A stretch of DNA of 64,000 nucleotides. Origin: Schizochytrium sp. TIO01 (Eukaryota > Protista > Bigyra: Labyrinthulomycetes). The stretch lies in the NCBI GenBank assembly GCA_004764695.1, contig SMSO01000035.1:2988040-3052039 (forward strand), read 5' to 3'. Below, in pieces: positions 38,153-48,739 of this stretch. Each line of letters begins with the position of its first letter. Position 1 is the stretch's first letter. The notes beneath the pieces are model-generated. The model searched no databases and was not told the DNA's origin. It saw only the letters and a program-made list of their open reading frames with translations. A program made the translations under genes and the position numbers.

Positions 38153-39905
38153 TCAAACGCCTTACGAGACTAACAGCAGAAGCTTCAACAACAACCACAC
38201 ATGGCGAGTGAAAATCTCAGTAGAACGTCTAGTCGATCTCTGCAAGTCTCCTTCCCTTTCCACACAAGAATCATGAAGCCAAACGTGCTGTCAAGTACAC
38301 ATTTATCGACTTTCACGTGTAAAAACTACAAATGCATTTTAGATTCTCTTCCATTAGCGTATCGCGATCACCTGTACAATCAAGTGAACCATAGACTTGC
38401 TTTCAGAATCAATCATCAAGTTTCTTCTCCGAACCGTTTTGATACGAAAAACACCACAGCCAATCGTTGAAACAGCGGCGAACGTTTTACTTAACAAAGA
38501 AGTTCTCCTGAAATTCGAACAGTCACCCATAAACAGGCAGCACTGCATTCTTCGACAAGGATAGCTGAAACAAGCTCTTATGCAACAGAGAACAGGAAGG
38601 GAGAACCAGGATTTCTAACAAGATCAAGAAAGCAAACCAATAGCAAGTCTTATTACAAGGTGCGAGTTTCCATCCATTCAGGGATGCAAGGAAACACCGC
38701 GATGCAAGCACTATCTCCAGCAATCAACGGTCAAATGACACGGCTTGCCTACAATAATCCACATTCACCTGGATGTGTCTCTAATGTAATCTATGGAAAT
38801 AAGCCTCCCATTTCATACATCAAAAGAGCAATCCGACAGCCAGGATGGTGCAGAAAACAACTCCAATCCTGGACCAGCACCAGTCAAGTCCAATCTCAAC
38901 GTGATTGGATAATAACGTAGCACAATGCTGGGCCCACACAAATCAACTCCAATCCAGGATGCTATCGAACGTCTTGTGCGACAGCATGCCTAAGAGCATG
39001 GGTTTAACTGCTGATGCCTGTTAATTTTAAAAGTAGAATGTTCTGAGTTAGTTTTCAAGTTTGAAAAAAAAAAAAGAAAAAAAAGTCCACACTTCAGAGA
39101 ATGTCCGTGCAGTCAGAGAAAGAGCAGCCATAGCAAAAATCATGGTTTGCCAGTCTATATACATTGTTTCGTTGGTTCTTCAATTGACCTGCTCAGTCGG
39201 TAATTCCAAAAAAGCTTAATCCTCATTCTCCCGCCAGTTTGACGGGCATCGGACTGGTGCCAAGCATTTCGTCTTCATCGCAGAGTCACAGAAAAAACCA
39301 ACACACAAAGGGAGAGCCAGGCGGAGCGCACATAGATTATATAAAGCCAGAGGCGCTTTTCGCAACTCTTTCTGCAATATTCATAAGAAGCTTGAATTGT
39401 CAAGAAGCACTTACACTAACACGATGCATTCAACCTCGTGATAAGCAGCAACAAGGAGAGCAAGTTGCAAGCATGGGGTCACTGTTCCCGCAAAGTTGCC
39501 TTCGCGTTTGAGAACTGCTGAGGAGATGGCCTCAGGGGGGTTTTGGTTTTGCCAACTTGAGGTTTGGTGATTGCTTGCGCCCTCCACCACGAACTACCCA
39601 GCCGCATAATTCTACTGGTTGCCAGATCAAGGTTTACATTCAGGGTTTGCTGCTCCAAGCCATCCAATCCAGACATGCTCTTTACCCCCCTCTGGGGACC
39701 ACCAAACTGCCTCCTTCCTCCTAAAGAACGGGTGTACTCTATGAGTCTTCGAAGAGGACAAATTTTAATGTTAATGTTATCTTTATGGTAAAAGGGGCCA
39801 GCAAATCTTATCGTCTTGGATTTTTTTGCGATTCTGAGCTCTGCGTCGCGACAACGACCTCTTGCGGGGCACTGGCGTCAGGATGCCAACGCACACATAT
39901 CAATC

Positions 39906-40391
39906 ATGGGTGCCGTGCAAGGCTTTGTAGTCCTGGTAACAGGATTGGTAGCTTGTGCAGCATTTCTTACCTGGACACTTGGCCCGGTATTTGGTCTAGA
40001 GGAGCTAGTGGTGCTTGGGTTGACGCAACTTTGGACGTTATCAGCAACCTCGTCTCAAGCATGGCAAACTGCGGAGGCAGAGGCTCGCGAATGGACAACT
40101 CATGTTCGAATGCAGACGCCTGATGTGTACTTTGCCTTAGTTGTACCTATATTTGTGAGCGTTATGCTCCTTGCAATCATCCTCATGTATGGATTCTTCA
40201 GCATTGGATCGATGCCTGCTCCATCTGATTTCAAGACGCTCGTTGACCACCAAGGCATGCGACAAAAGCTAATTCACAAAGATGAATGGATTGACTTGCA
40301 GCAAGACACGCCTTTTGTGAACGACGTATCTGCTTTGCAGGTAACACGAATGCTGCATAGGCATCCCCGATCTTCCATTGCACAGACTTAG
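39906..40391 (+). CDS. PIGP: GPI-GlcNAc transferase subunit P (PIG-P/Gpi19)-like
   Basis: Two TM segments (GFVVLV..AFLTW and YFALVVP..MYGFF), then PAPSDFKTLVD and DVSALQVTR, matching the PIG-P pattern. Confidence 0.7.
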   Translation: MGAVQGFVVLVTGLVACAAFLTWTLGPVFGLEELVVLGLTQLWTLSATSSQAWQTAEAEAREWTTHVRMQTPDVYFALVVPIFVSVMLLAIILMYGFFSIGSMPAPSDFKTLVDHQGMRQKLIHKDEWIDLQQDTPFVNDVSALQVTRMLHRHPRSSIAQT

Positions 40392-40926
40392 CAATGGAGC
40401 TCTCCCAACGAAAACTTGTACACAAACAGAAGTCATTATTTCGTCATATTAGCTTAAAAAGTTCGTGTGTGTATTCAACTCTAATAGTTTGTAAAATAGT
40501 AGCGGTTTGGATTTTCTTACTATGTTTTTTTTTTTTTTGCTGTATTATGTGATTTTGTGCAATTGTTAGCGTCTACTCCTCTCGCTTCCTCCAATCGTGT
40601 CATGGATATGAGCTGCTAGGAGGTGTAGACGCTGCAGTTCTCTCTGCTGTTACCCTTTTTAGATGCACCCCATTACCTCCCTTGAGAGAAAGCCATCTTA
40701 AAAAGGCTGAAGCAGAGAGTAAAAAGGAAATTCGGGCAAAGGGCCAGTAAAGGTTAAACGGGAGAGGCGGCAACTCTCAGAATATAGTCAGACGTTATTG
40801 TCTGTCACCCAGACAGTCAGCGAGTCAGCATAAAAGTGGAAAATGTACGGTGCTAACCTCAAAGAGTGGGTGCTATTCACTATGCCAAGAGAAAAAAGGA
40901 TATGCGAAAATAGTAATCCTCTACTC

Positions 40927-42090
40927 CTACTGCGAAGCCTCGAGATGAGCCTGCATGCGCTCCATGTTTTCGGCAAGACTAGCCTGCAATGTCTCGAGGA
41001 GCTCATGGTCAAGACGAGCAGCCTCCTCAAGTTCAGCCTGCACGCGGTCAATCTCTTCAAGGCGCATGTGCATGTTCGCATTATGCTGGTGGATCTCCTG
41101 TGCTGTTTGTAGGCGATCCACGATACCAGGGAGGCTCTTTGCAACAGCCTCGCACTGATCCAATTTCTGCACAAGTTCGCTCACCTCGCTTGTGGATGGT
41201 CTACCAGAAGCGTTATCCTCTCCACTTGCGGCGACAGCAGCTCGGCGCCTTTGCCTGAGTCTCGACGAGTTTTCCAGCTCAGCATTGAGCACCTTGGCCT
41301 TTTGCGTGAGATGCGTAAGCTTAGCCTCATCCAGTAAGGCTACATGTTTCTCTAGTGCCTCAACGACTTGCATCAGCGGCTTCTCTCCATGTCTTTCATC
41401 GCCCAGTATTGTCTCTAACGCTCTCACACGGGCCTCCAGCGCTCCTTGCCTTTCTCCCTCACTCGACCCCGCTGCTTCTCTACCTGCGTACATCAAATCA
41501 AAGCTAACAACGGATGCTTTCTCCTTACCCTCCACAACATCATCCTCACGAGCCTGAAGCCTCTCTCGCAACGCCTCTACTCTTGCTCTGTTTAGCGCCT
41601 GCGCTGTTTCTCGCTCTCCAGCAGCTGCCTCCTCATTAGACAGAAGAGCCCCTAAGCCATCTCCTCCAAGCGTACCGAGTGCCGCGGACATCTGACGAAC
41701 GCCGCTAACCAGCTGATTGTACGCGTCACTGTGAGCATTGCCGAATTCCTTCTGATCATCCGCTTCTCCATCATTGGATGTGTCAGGGGCGAGGTCATTC
41801 AAGAGGTCAGCAACCTCGGCCTGGAGACGGTTGAATCGCTCGAACGGGGATTCAGGCACAGCACCAACCAGCTCTGGTGCACGACGGGAAGCATGGTCTG
41901 GGATGAATCGTTTCCCAGCAAAAACCTCAAAAACACGTTCAGGTTCTGGAACAGGACCGGCGTCTACCCCTTCATCGCCGCCAAGGTCAGACTCCTTTCT
42001 GCGGGAGGAGGAGGAGCCCTCAGGAGCGCCATCCTGAACAGCGCCATCGTCCACATCAGGGGTCTCAAACACCTCCCAGTTACCGTCCAT
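40927..42090 (-). CDS. DCTN2: Dynactin subunit 2 (p50/dynamitin), 387 aa
   Basis: VFETPD, ESPFERFNRLQAEVADL, LEARVRALETILG and LPGIVDRLQ motifs; coiled-coil composition. Confidence 0.85.
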   Translation of the reverse strand: MDGNWEVFETPDVDDGAVQDGAPEGSSSSRRKESDLGGDEGVDAGPVPEPERVFEVFAGKRFIPDHASRRAPELVGAVPESPFERFNRLQAEVADLLNDLAPDTSNDGEADDQKEFGNAHSDAYNQLVSGVRQMSAALGTLGGDGLGALLSNEEAAAGERETAQALNRARVEALRERLQAREDDVVEGKEKASVVSFDLMYAGREAAGSSEGERQGALEARVRALETILGDERHGEKPLMQVVEALEKHVALLDEAKLTHLTQKAKVLNAELENSSRLRQRRRAAVAASGEDNASGRPSTSEVSELVQKLDQCEAVAKSLPGIVDRLQTAQEIHQHNANMHMRLEEIDRVQAELEEAARLDHELLETLQASLAENMERMQAHLEASQ

Positions 42091-43350
42091 AGTTCAGAAC
42101 AGATGAATACAGAGCGCACGTCTAGACGAAAAGGTCTTCAGCCCCACCGTGAGCTCTCAGCAGAGAAGGAGGCGGGGAAGAAGAAGATCTAATCGGGCTC
42201 GCGATGACGGTGAACTTTGCAAGAAAGATCGTTTGATGCTGCTTTCCACTGAGCCTTCACCGCTCGTTCGCTGCCCATTGTTCTACAAATTCCTTTGCAA
42301 AACCCTTTTTCAACCACCGTACACACCCCTGTAACTGCTTTCAGTGCGCGAGGACCTCCCAAAGAGTGTGCGAGAGAGGAAAAGAGTAGGTAGCAGAGAG
42401 ACGGCGCAAATTGCAGGGGTGCGACAATTTCTTGGGTGGATTCGAGCTCTTGTTTGACAAAGCTCGCTATTGGGATTCATGCGATTCAAATGCACTAGTA
42501 GCCTGGCACTCCTCGAATCAATGGTGACCTTGTTTACCTCTTCTCTGCTCAACTTTTGCATGCATCGTTGTCGAACGAACCTTTATTTTGGGGTACGCCT
42601 ACCTACGTGTAGGTAGGACTTCGTTAAACATTTAGTTAGAAATACATACCTTGGTAAGACTTGCCCACCTCCTCCGTTCAGGCCGCCTTGTGGGGCGCAA
42701 TTCCACATTGCGAGGCTGCTTCGAGCTCTCAAGACATATACACACTCAACGGCACTGCGTGCAGTAACCGGGACGTCGTGGTCCGTCTCGAGATCCTCGC
42801 TGCGGGTGCATTGCTTGAAGCAGGGACTTTGTGGAAAGCTAACACGACAGCAGAGGCACGTTCCCAAACTGCCAACCGAACGCAACGAGCTGCCGAACCA
42901 GCTGGACTGAGCTACGGCACGGGCCTTGAAGCAACAGTAAACAAAGAATTCACGCTGGTGTGGAACGGGTAGAATTCAGAAACGAGTTGCGGTGTGGCAG
43001 GGATCGCTGTGAAGAGAGGAATACTAGTGAAAGGAAGTCACAGCTGTGAGAACGAAGAGAACACAGGCCGACTATATCCGTAATCAGAGATTTGACAATC
43101 TAGGGGTCATCAACGCAGGAGTCAAGCAATCTACGACGGAAAACCTAAAGTAGCATCATTGGAGGTAGTGTGCGTGGTTGCTTCCGGCAATCTCGAAAGC
43201 AACTGGTACTGAGGAAAAGGGCGCCAATCTTCTATAGACGAAAAGGGAAACCAAGCTTTAAACACCTGGTGCGCTTTGATCTCTCAAGCAGAATAAACCA
43301 TCAGGGTAGGATTACAGGAGCATTGAAAGGGTGCGTGGGAATCGGGTCTA

Positions 43351-45966
43351 ATGCTCAGCACAGCGACGCCGATCGGCGAACCTGCACCTTCGCCGCCTCC
43401 CAAGCCAAGCAAACCTGCTCACCTTAAACCAAAGAGCGTGGACACTGCTAGTACATCGCCGCGTGTAGGTAATAATGACCTTGCGCATAAACACATTCAA
43501 CGACTGGAAACGGAACGCAGCGCTAGACCTCCTGAGCTCCCAGCGAAAGTGGCTACGAACACGACGACGACCGGAACATCGAAATCTCAATATACGGGTT
43601 CCACAACTTTAGTCTACACATTATGGGCTCACAACTTGGGATATGCTGCTGGTCTCTGTAATGTCGTCCTTGGCTTTATAGCTGTTGCGTGGAACCAAGA
43701 AATAGTTGACCGGCCTAGTGCTGGTGACATTCTATTCGCAATGAACTTTTGTGGTCCATATTGTGTTGTCATTGGTCTCTTTATATTAGCATGGGAAAAG
43801 TTTTGTGGACTGGCACAAGTGCCGTGGCTTCCTGCGGAAGAGATCTCAGGTGGACGTTCTTGGGTTCGTGGTACAGCTTATGCGGTGTTGTCCATCGGAA
43901 CCCTCTTTTCGTACGCGACCATGGTTGCCACAGGAGTTATGCTGATCTGTTCTGGTGCAAATTTCATGGCATATCAAAATAAAGAAACGCTCACTCCTCA
44001 TAATACGGTGCATGAGTCCTACTTTCTATGCAAGTGCAGCAGCTCTGGGAACACTGTTCGCGACGAAGATTCGAAGAGTCGCAACGACTCGCGTTTGCGG
44101 TCCCGTTGCCGTACTATCTGGCGTCATTGGGAAGAAGCTGGTGTCATTGGTCAAGTTTTATTGGTCTTTGTATATGTCGGTATCAACGTAGTACTCTTTG
44201 CGCAGCGGCTCATTTCGTGGATTGATATGGTAGATGAACTCCAAAGGTCGTGCGCATCTAACACTCCATATAATTGCTTGTCAGACTTTGCACCCTACGC
44301 AAAAGCGTTTGGGCAAACATTAAACTTCAATTGCAGTGTTCTTTTGCTTCCTGTTCTCCGGACTTTTGTACGCAAACTCAATGATCTTAGTGTAACAGGT
44401 GCATCTGCCTTTGCAAAATACATGCCACCTTTGCGTAAAAATGTGGTACTTCACAAGTTCATTGCCTGCTTTGTACTTGCCGGAGCGCTCGGTCACATTC
44501 TTTTCCATCTTCTCAATCTTTGGAAAGCACCAGAGGCCACAACAGCACGGTTTCAACCTGGTGCATTTGTCTCTGGCTTTCTTATCACTTTTGCAATGGT
44601 TGTTATCTTCGCAGGTGCGCAGAATCGAGTCAAACGAGCTAAATACGAGACGTTCTGGAATACACACCATTCTTTCTTACTGTTTTATGCTTGTCTACTT
44701 GCTCATGCGCCAAAGTTTTGGATTTGGGGATTTCTCCCCCTCCTTGCATATATTGGAGAGAGGGTTTATCGTGAGCGCAAGAGTCGCAAGGTCTTTTACG
44801 TTGCTTCCGTGGTGTATAAAGAACCAGTGATGTGTCTTAGCTTCTTTCCCGCGCGATCTGGCGATTTCGTTTTCAAGGAGGGTCAGTACCTACATCTCCT
44901 GGCACCAGCAATTTCTGGATTTGAATGGCATCCTTTTACCATATCATCTGCATATGAGGATCTTGAAAAGAAAAATGGCCAAGTAACTTTACATATTAGG
45001 GTGCAAGGTCAAGGAAGTTGGACTTGGCGCCTTTGTCAGCGTTTCAAGCTTATGGCACCCCAAACAACATGCAAAGGAGATAATTTTTCGCTCTATCTGT
45101 CACACTTAGATAGTCAAGGTAATCCGCAACGAGGCAAGTTTCTGGGACCTGATGGCCTCCCTTTGATCCAAGTTGATGGACCTCATGCTGCTCCAGCGCA
45201 ACACTACGATGAGTATAACAATGTAATGCTTGTAGGGGCTGGTATTGGACTCACACCTTCTTCAGCAATTATTCAATCTGTCCTTCGACATAAATGGAAA
45301 AAGGGGTTTCATCCCAGTACGATTCATTTTCACTTTGTTGTGCGTCACAGCGAGATTTTCTCGTTTCGCTGGTTTATCAATCTTCTTCACGAATTGCAAC
45401 GCAGTGTTGCAAGCGACTATGCTGCTGGAGCGCTTGACAAAACCATGCATCGTTTACAAATTCACCTCTTTGTCACAAGAGCCCCAAAGGATGGCAAACA
45501 TGTGGACCGCGAGCAGAGCTTCCGCGTTTCAAATGGATCTGTCCACCCCAGCGGACCTCGCGATTCGAGTCCATGCCGCTCCTCTCTTCTTGATAAGCCG
45601 GTTGAAGATCCCAACTTGCGGCAGGCAGGCATGAATGTAAATATTGGGTTTTTGCCCGAGGATCTGGAACTCTCGCTTCTCAATCCAAGCGTCTCTTCCA
45701 AGAACTGGGCCACCCTTGTGCAAGAATCTGACACCGCGGAGTCGGCACCAGTCAATAAATACCAAGATATTTGGATCTGGAATGGTCGCCCTCCTTGGGA
45801 TGATATCTTCGCTTATGTCAAGCAACATCGCCAGCCAGAAACAGAGCGTGTCGGAGTATGTTTCTGTGGCACTCCTATCATTGGCAAAGATCTCAAGTCC
45901 TTTTGCCAAAAGTACTCCTCTGTCCCAGACAAATGTCATTTCGAGCTTCACAAAGAAAACTTTTAA
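43351..45966 (+). CDS. NADPH oxidase (NOX/gp91phox family) with N-terminal Pro-rich region and p22phox-like membrane module, 871 aa
   Basis: Heme His pairs LHK..GH and THH..AH. FAD motif EWHPFTISS. NADPH motifs VDGP, VGAGIGLTP and FCG. C-terminal HKENF. No EF-hands. Confidence 0.93.
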   Translation: MLSTATPIGEPAPSPPPKPSKPAHLKPKSVDTASTSPRVGNNDLAHKHIQRLETERSARPPELPAKVATNTTTTGTSKSQYTGSTTLVYTLWAHNLGYAAGLCNVVLGFIAVAWNQEIVDRPSAGDILFAMNFCGPYCVVIGLFILAWEKFCGLAQVPWLPAEEISGGRSWVRGTAYAVLSIGTLFSYATMVATGVMLICSGANFMAYQNKETLTPHNTVHESYFLCKCSSSGNTVRDEDSKSRNDSRLRSRCRTIWRHWEEAGVIGQVLLVFVYVGINVVLFAQRLISWIDMVDELQRSCASNTPYNCLSDFAPYAKAFGQTLNFNCSVLLLPVLRTFVRKLNDLSVTGASAFAKYMPPLRKNVVLHKFIACFVLAGALGHILFHLLNLWKAPEATTARFQPGAFVSGFLITFAMVVIFAGAQNRVKRAKYETFWNTHHSFLLFYACLLAHAPKFWIWGFLPLLAYIGERVYRERKSRKVFYVASVVYKEPVMCLSFFPARSGDFVFKEGQYLHLLAPAISGFEWHPFTISSAYEDLEKKNGQVTLHIRVQGQGSWTWRLCQRFKLMAPQTTCKGDNFSLYLSHLDSQGNPQRGKFLGPDGLPLIQVDGPHAAPAQHYDEYNNVMLVGAGIGLTPSSAIIQSVLRHKWKKGFHPSTIHFHFVVRHSEIFSFRWFINLLHELQRSVASDYAAGALDKTMHRLQIHLFVTRAPKDGKHVDREQSFRVSNGSVHPSGPRDSSPCRSSLLDKPVEDPNLRQAGMNVNIGFLPEDLELSLLNPSVSSKNWATLVQESDTAESAPVNKYQDIWIWNGRPPWDDIFAYVKQHRQPETERVGVCFCGTPIIGKDLKSFCQKYSSVPDKCHFELHKENF

Positions 45967-46552
45967 CAGATTTGTATAAAAATGACACATGTACCCTACC
46001 GTTCTCGTGCCAAACGAAATTTACCTTGGTCGTTTCAAAGGGTCACGGCATCGCGTATAGGTCTTCGTGTTTCGTGCATCTCTTTAAAAGCTAATTGTCA
46101 TACGAGAAAGCATTGCAACTTCCTACTTTGTATGAGCACCCAGTATTACTACCTAATGTCTATTAGTAATGCCTAGCTTTTATTCTTATTAGTTACATTT
46201 TTAATTTTGCTCTGTAGTACCATCTATGTTAAGTTCACACTATGGGTAGGTAGGTACCTACCTCTAACTAGCTAGAATAAGCGTGAGTAGGTAGCATTAC
46301 AAAACTCGATCTTGCTTGTGCCGAGGTCGTAATCCCCGCGGCCTTTGGCTTCGTCTCTGCAGAGTTTCTGCGACTCGCTTAGCAGAGGTCTCAGGTTTTG
46401 GCGCATTACCGTCTCTGCGTCGGTGCGATCTTTTGTTGCACTGTCGTCTGCTCTTTTGCTCGTTCGTTCGTTCGTTCGTTTGCTTGTGGTATTTGTCTGT
46501 TTGCTCGTTTCTTCGTTTGTGCGAGTTGTACAAACCCTTGTTGACGGACACG

Positions 46553-48739
46553 ATGAGCACGTCAAGCAAGTTTCCGCACCTCTTTAAGCCTCTTGAGCTC
46601 AATGGAGGCCGCGTTAAACTCAAGAATCGTGCTCTCATGGGAAGCATGCACTCTGGACTTGAAGATGTAGAAACCAACGGCAAACTTGAGGCCATGGCGG
46701 AATTTTTCGCAGCTCGAGCTCGAGGTGGTGTAGGTCTGTGTGTTACTGGTGGCGTGGCACCCAATAATGCCGGTCGTGTGAAGTATTTTGCCGCCAAAAT
46801 GGACTCTGCCAAAGATCGCGACAAGCACAAAGTTGTCACCGATGCAGTGCACGGGGAAGGAGGCAAGATTGCTATGCAAATTCTCCACGCAGGCCGCTAT
46901 GCGTACCATCATTGGGCCGTAGCACCTTCGCCAGTCAAGTCGCCCATCAGCCTTTTTAGGCCCAAAGCCCTTTCGGAAAGCGGAATCCAGACTACTATTG
47001 AAGATTTTGTACGTGCTGCAGAACTCGCTGGGGAGGCTGGCTATGATGGCGTCGAGGTCATGGGGTCTGAAGGATATCTAATTAATCAATTCATCACCCA
47101 GCAAGCCAACAAGCGCAGCGACCAATGGGGAGGCTCCTACGAAAACCGCATTCGCTTGCCTGTGACGATCGTGCGTCGCATCCGAGAGGCCCTGGGACCC
47201 GATTTTATCCTCATTTACAGACTGAGCATGCTCGATCTTGTTCAAGGTGGGTCTACCTGGGAAGAAGTGGAAATACTTGCCCAGGAAATCGAAGCGGCTG
47301 GTGCCTCAATCATCAACACTGGAATTGGCTGGCACGAAGCCAGGATTCCTACCATTGCGACGGCGGTACCGCGGGGCGGTTATGCTTGGGTTACAAAGAA
47401 ACTCATGGGGAAAGTTAATATTCCACTTTGCACAACCAACCGCATCAACATGCCCAGTACAGCAGAAGATATCTTGCGCGAGGGCTACGCTGATATGGTT
47501 TCAATGGCGCGCCCGTTTCTTGCTGACCCCAACATCATCAAGAAAGCTGAGCTTGGAGATGAAGCTGGAATTAATACTTGTATTGGATGTAACCAAGCTT
47601 GTCTTGATCATGCTTTCCAGATGAAAAGGGCTTCCTGTCTCGTTAATCCGTTCGCTTGCTACGAGTCTGAGCTCAAACTTGACCCGATCCCCGAATCCCT
47701 TCGGGCATCGGCAAAGGTTGCTGTTGTTGGCGCTGGTCCCGCAGGTCTGGCTTGTGCTGTGAGTTGTGCCGAGAGAGGGTTTCAAACTACCCTTTTCGAG
47801 CGCAACAAGGAAATTGGTGGGCAGTTCAACATGGCTAAGCGCATTCCAGGCAAGGAGGAGTTTTTTGAAACCTTGCGCTACTTTACTACACAACTTTCAC
47901 GCAAGAAAGTTGATGTACAGCTCGGAAAGACTGTAGATCTCGAGGAACTTCATGCCTTAGGCTATACCCACATTGTTTTAGCTACAGGCGTGGTTCCTCG
48001 TCGTGTAAAATTCCCCGGCAGTGATCATCCCAAGGTTGTGAGCTACGTGGACGTACTCACAGGCAAAGTAAAGATTGGGCAAAAGGTAGCCATAATTGGT
48101 GCAGGCGGAATCGGTTTTGATGTTGCCGAGTATCTCTCTCATCCTCATGGAAAAGAGCTCACACAAAATGGTCCCGCCCCTGGTCTTGCCAAGAGTGAGG
48201 ATTTGGAAGAGTTTGCAAGTGAATGGAATATTGATCTTACCAATACGAATCGCGGTGGCCTTGCGGGTAGCGACGATGTTGAGGTGCCACATCCTCGTGA
48301 GATTTACCTGCTTCAGCGCGGGAGTACCAAGGTAGGTGCTCGTCTAGGTAAAACAACGGGCTGGATCCACCGGACTTCTCTGCGTCACAGAGGTGTCAAC
48401 ATGCTGCGAAACGTAAAGTATGTCAAAGTCGATGACGATGGATTTCACATCCAAGTCAAAGACAAAAATCAAGTACTGGAAGTTGACCACGTAGTCGTCT
48501 GCGCCGGCCAGGTTGCTGAACGTACTCTTTGGGACTCGCGTCCTAAAGATGATAACACTAGAAAATACTTTCTTATTGGAGGTTCCGAAGAAGCATCTGA
48601 GCTAGATGCTAAACGTGCAATCGACCAAGGAACTCGTCTCGCAGCTCAAATTGAAAAGGCAAGCTCGGGGGAGGTTTTCAACCAGCCCGTTAATCTCTCG
48701 GCAAAGATCTTTGCTAAAATCCAGTCGTTTATGCAGTAG
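46553..48739 (+). CDS. fadH: NADPH-dependent 2,4-dienoyl-CoA reductase (FadH type; FMN/FAD/4Fe-4S)
   Basis: MGSMHSGLE, MQILHAGRY, GSEGYLINQF, GIGWHEARIPTI, CIGCNQAC..C, VVGAGPAG, LGKTTGWIHR and ELDAKRAIDQG. Likely start is the ATG at 46553. Confidence 0.93.
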   Translation: MSTSSKFPHLFKPLELNGGRVKLKNRALMGSMHSGLEDVETNGKLEAMAEFFAARARGGVGLCVTGGVAPNNAGRVKYFAAKMDSAKDRDKHKVVTDAVHGEGGKIAMQILHAGRYAYHHWAVAPSPVKSPISLFRPKALSESGIQTTIEDFVRAAELAGEAGYDGVEVMGSEGYLINQFITQQANKRSDQWGGSYENRIRLPVTIVRRIREALGPDFILIYRLSMLDLVQGGSTWEEVEILAQEIEAAGASIINTGIGWHEARIPTIATAVPRGGYAWVTKKLMGKVNIPLCTTNRINMPSTAEDILREGYADMVSMARPFLADPNIIKKAELGDEAGINTCIGCNQACLDHAFQMKRASCLVNPFACYESELKLDPIPESLRASAKVAVVGAGPAGLACAVSCAERGFQTTLFERNKEIGGQFNMAKRIPGKEEFFETLRYFTTQLSRKKVDVQLGKTVDLEELHALGYTHIVLATGVVPRRVKFPGSDHPKVVSYVDVLTGKVKIGQKVAIIGAGGIGFDVAEYLSHPHGKELTQNGPAPGLAKSEDLEEFASEWNIDLTNTNRGGLAGSDDVEVPHPREIYLLQRGSTKVGARLGKTTGWIHRTSLRHRGVNMLRNVKYVKVDDDGFHIQVKDKNQVLEVDHVVVCAGQVAERTLWDSRPKDDNTRKYFLIGGSEEASELDAKRAIDQGTRLAAQIEKASSGEVFNQPVNLSAKIFAKIQSFMQ

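Noticed and set aside
42661-42972. Short ORF with an ankyrin-like phrase (VVVRLEILAAGALLEA)
   Set aside because: No ATG start, a single weak repeat, and it lies in a divergent promoter region.
5644-45966. A functional defence cluster linking the LRR genes, MKP1 and NOX
   Set aside because: The genes are 14-30 kb apart and interleaved with housekeeping genes; proximity alone is not evidence in a eukaryote.
46316-46552. 79-aa N-terminal extension of FadH in the ORF track
   Set aside because: It starts at GTG and runs through a (TTCG)n-type UTR-like tract; FadH homology begins near the ATG at 46553.
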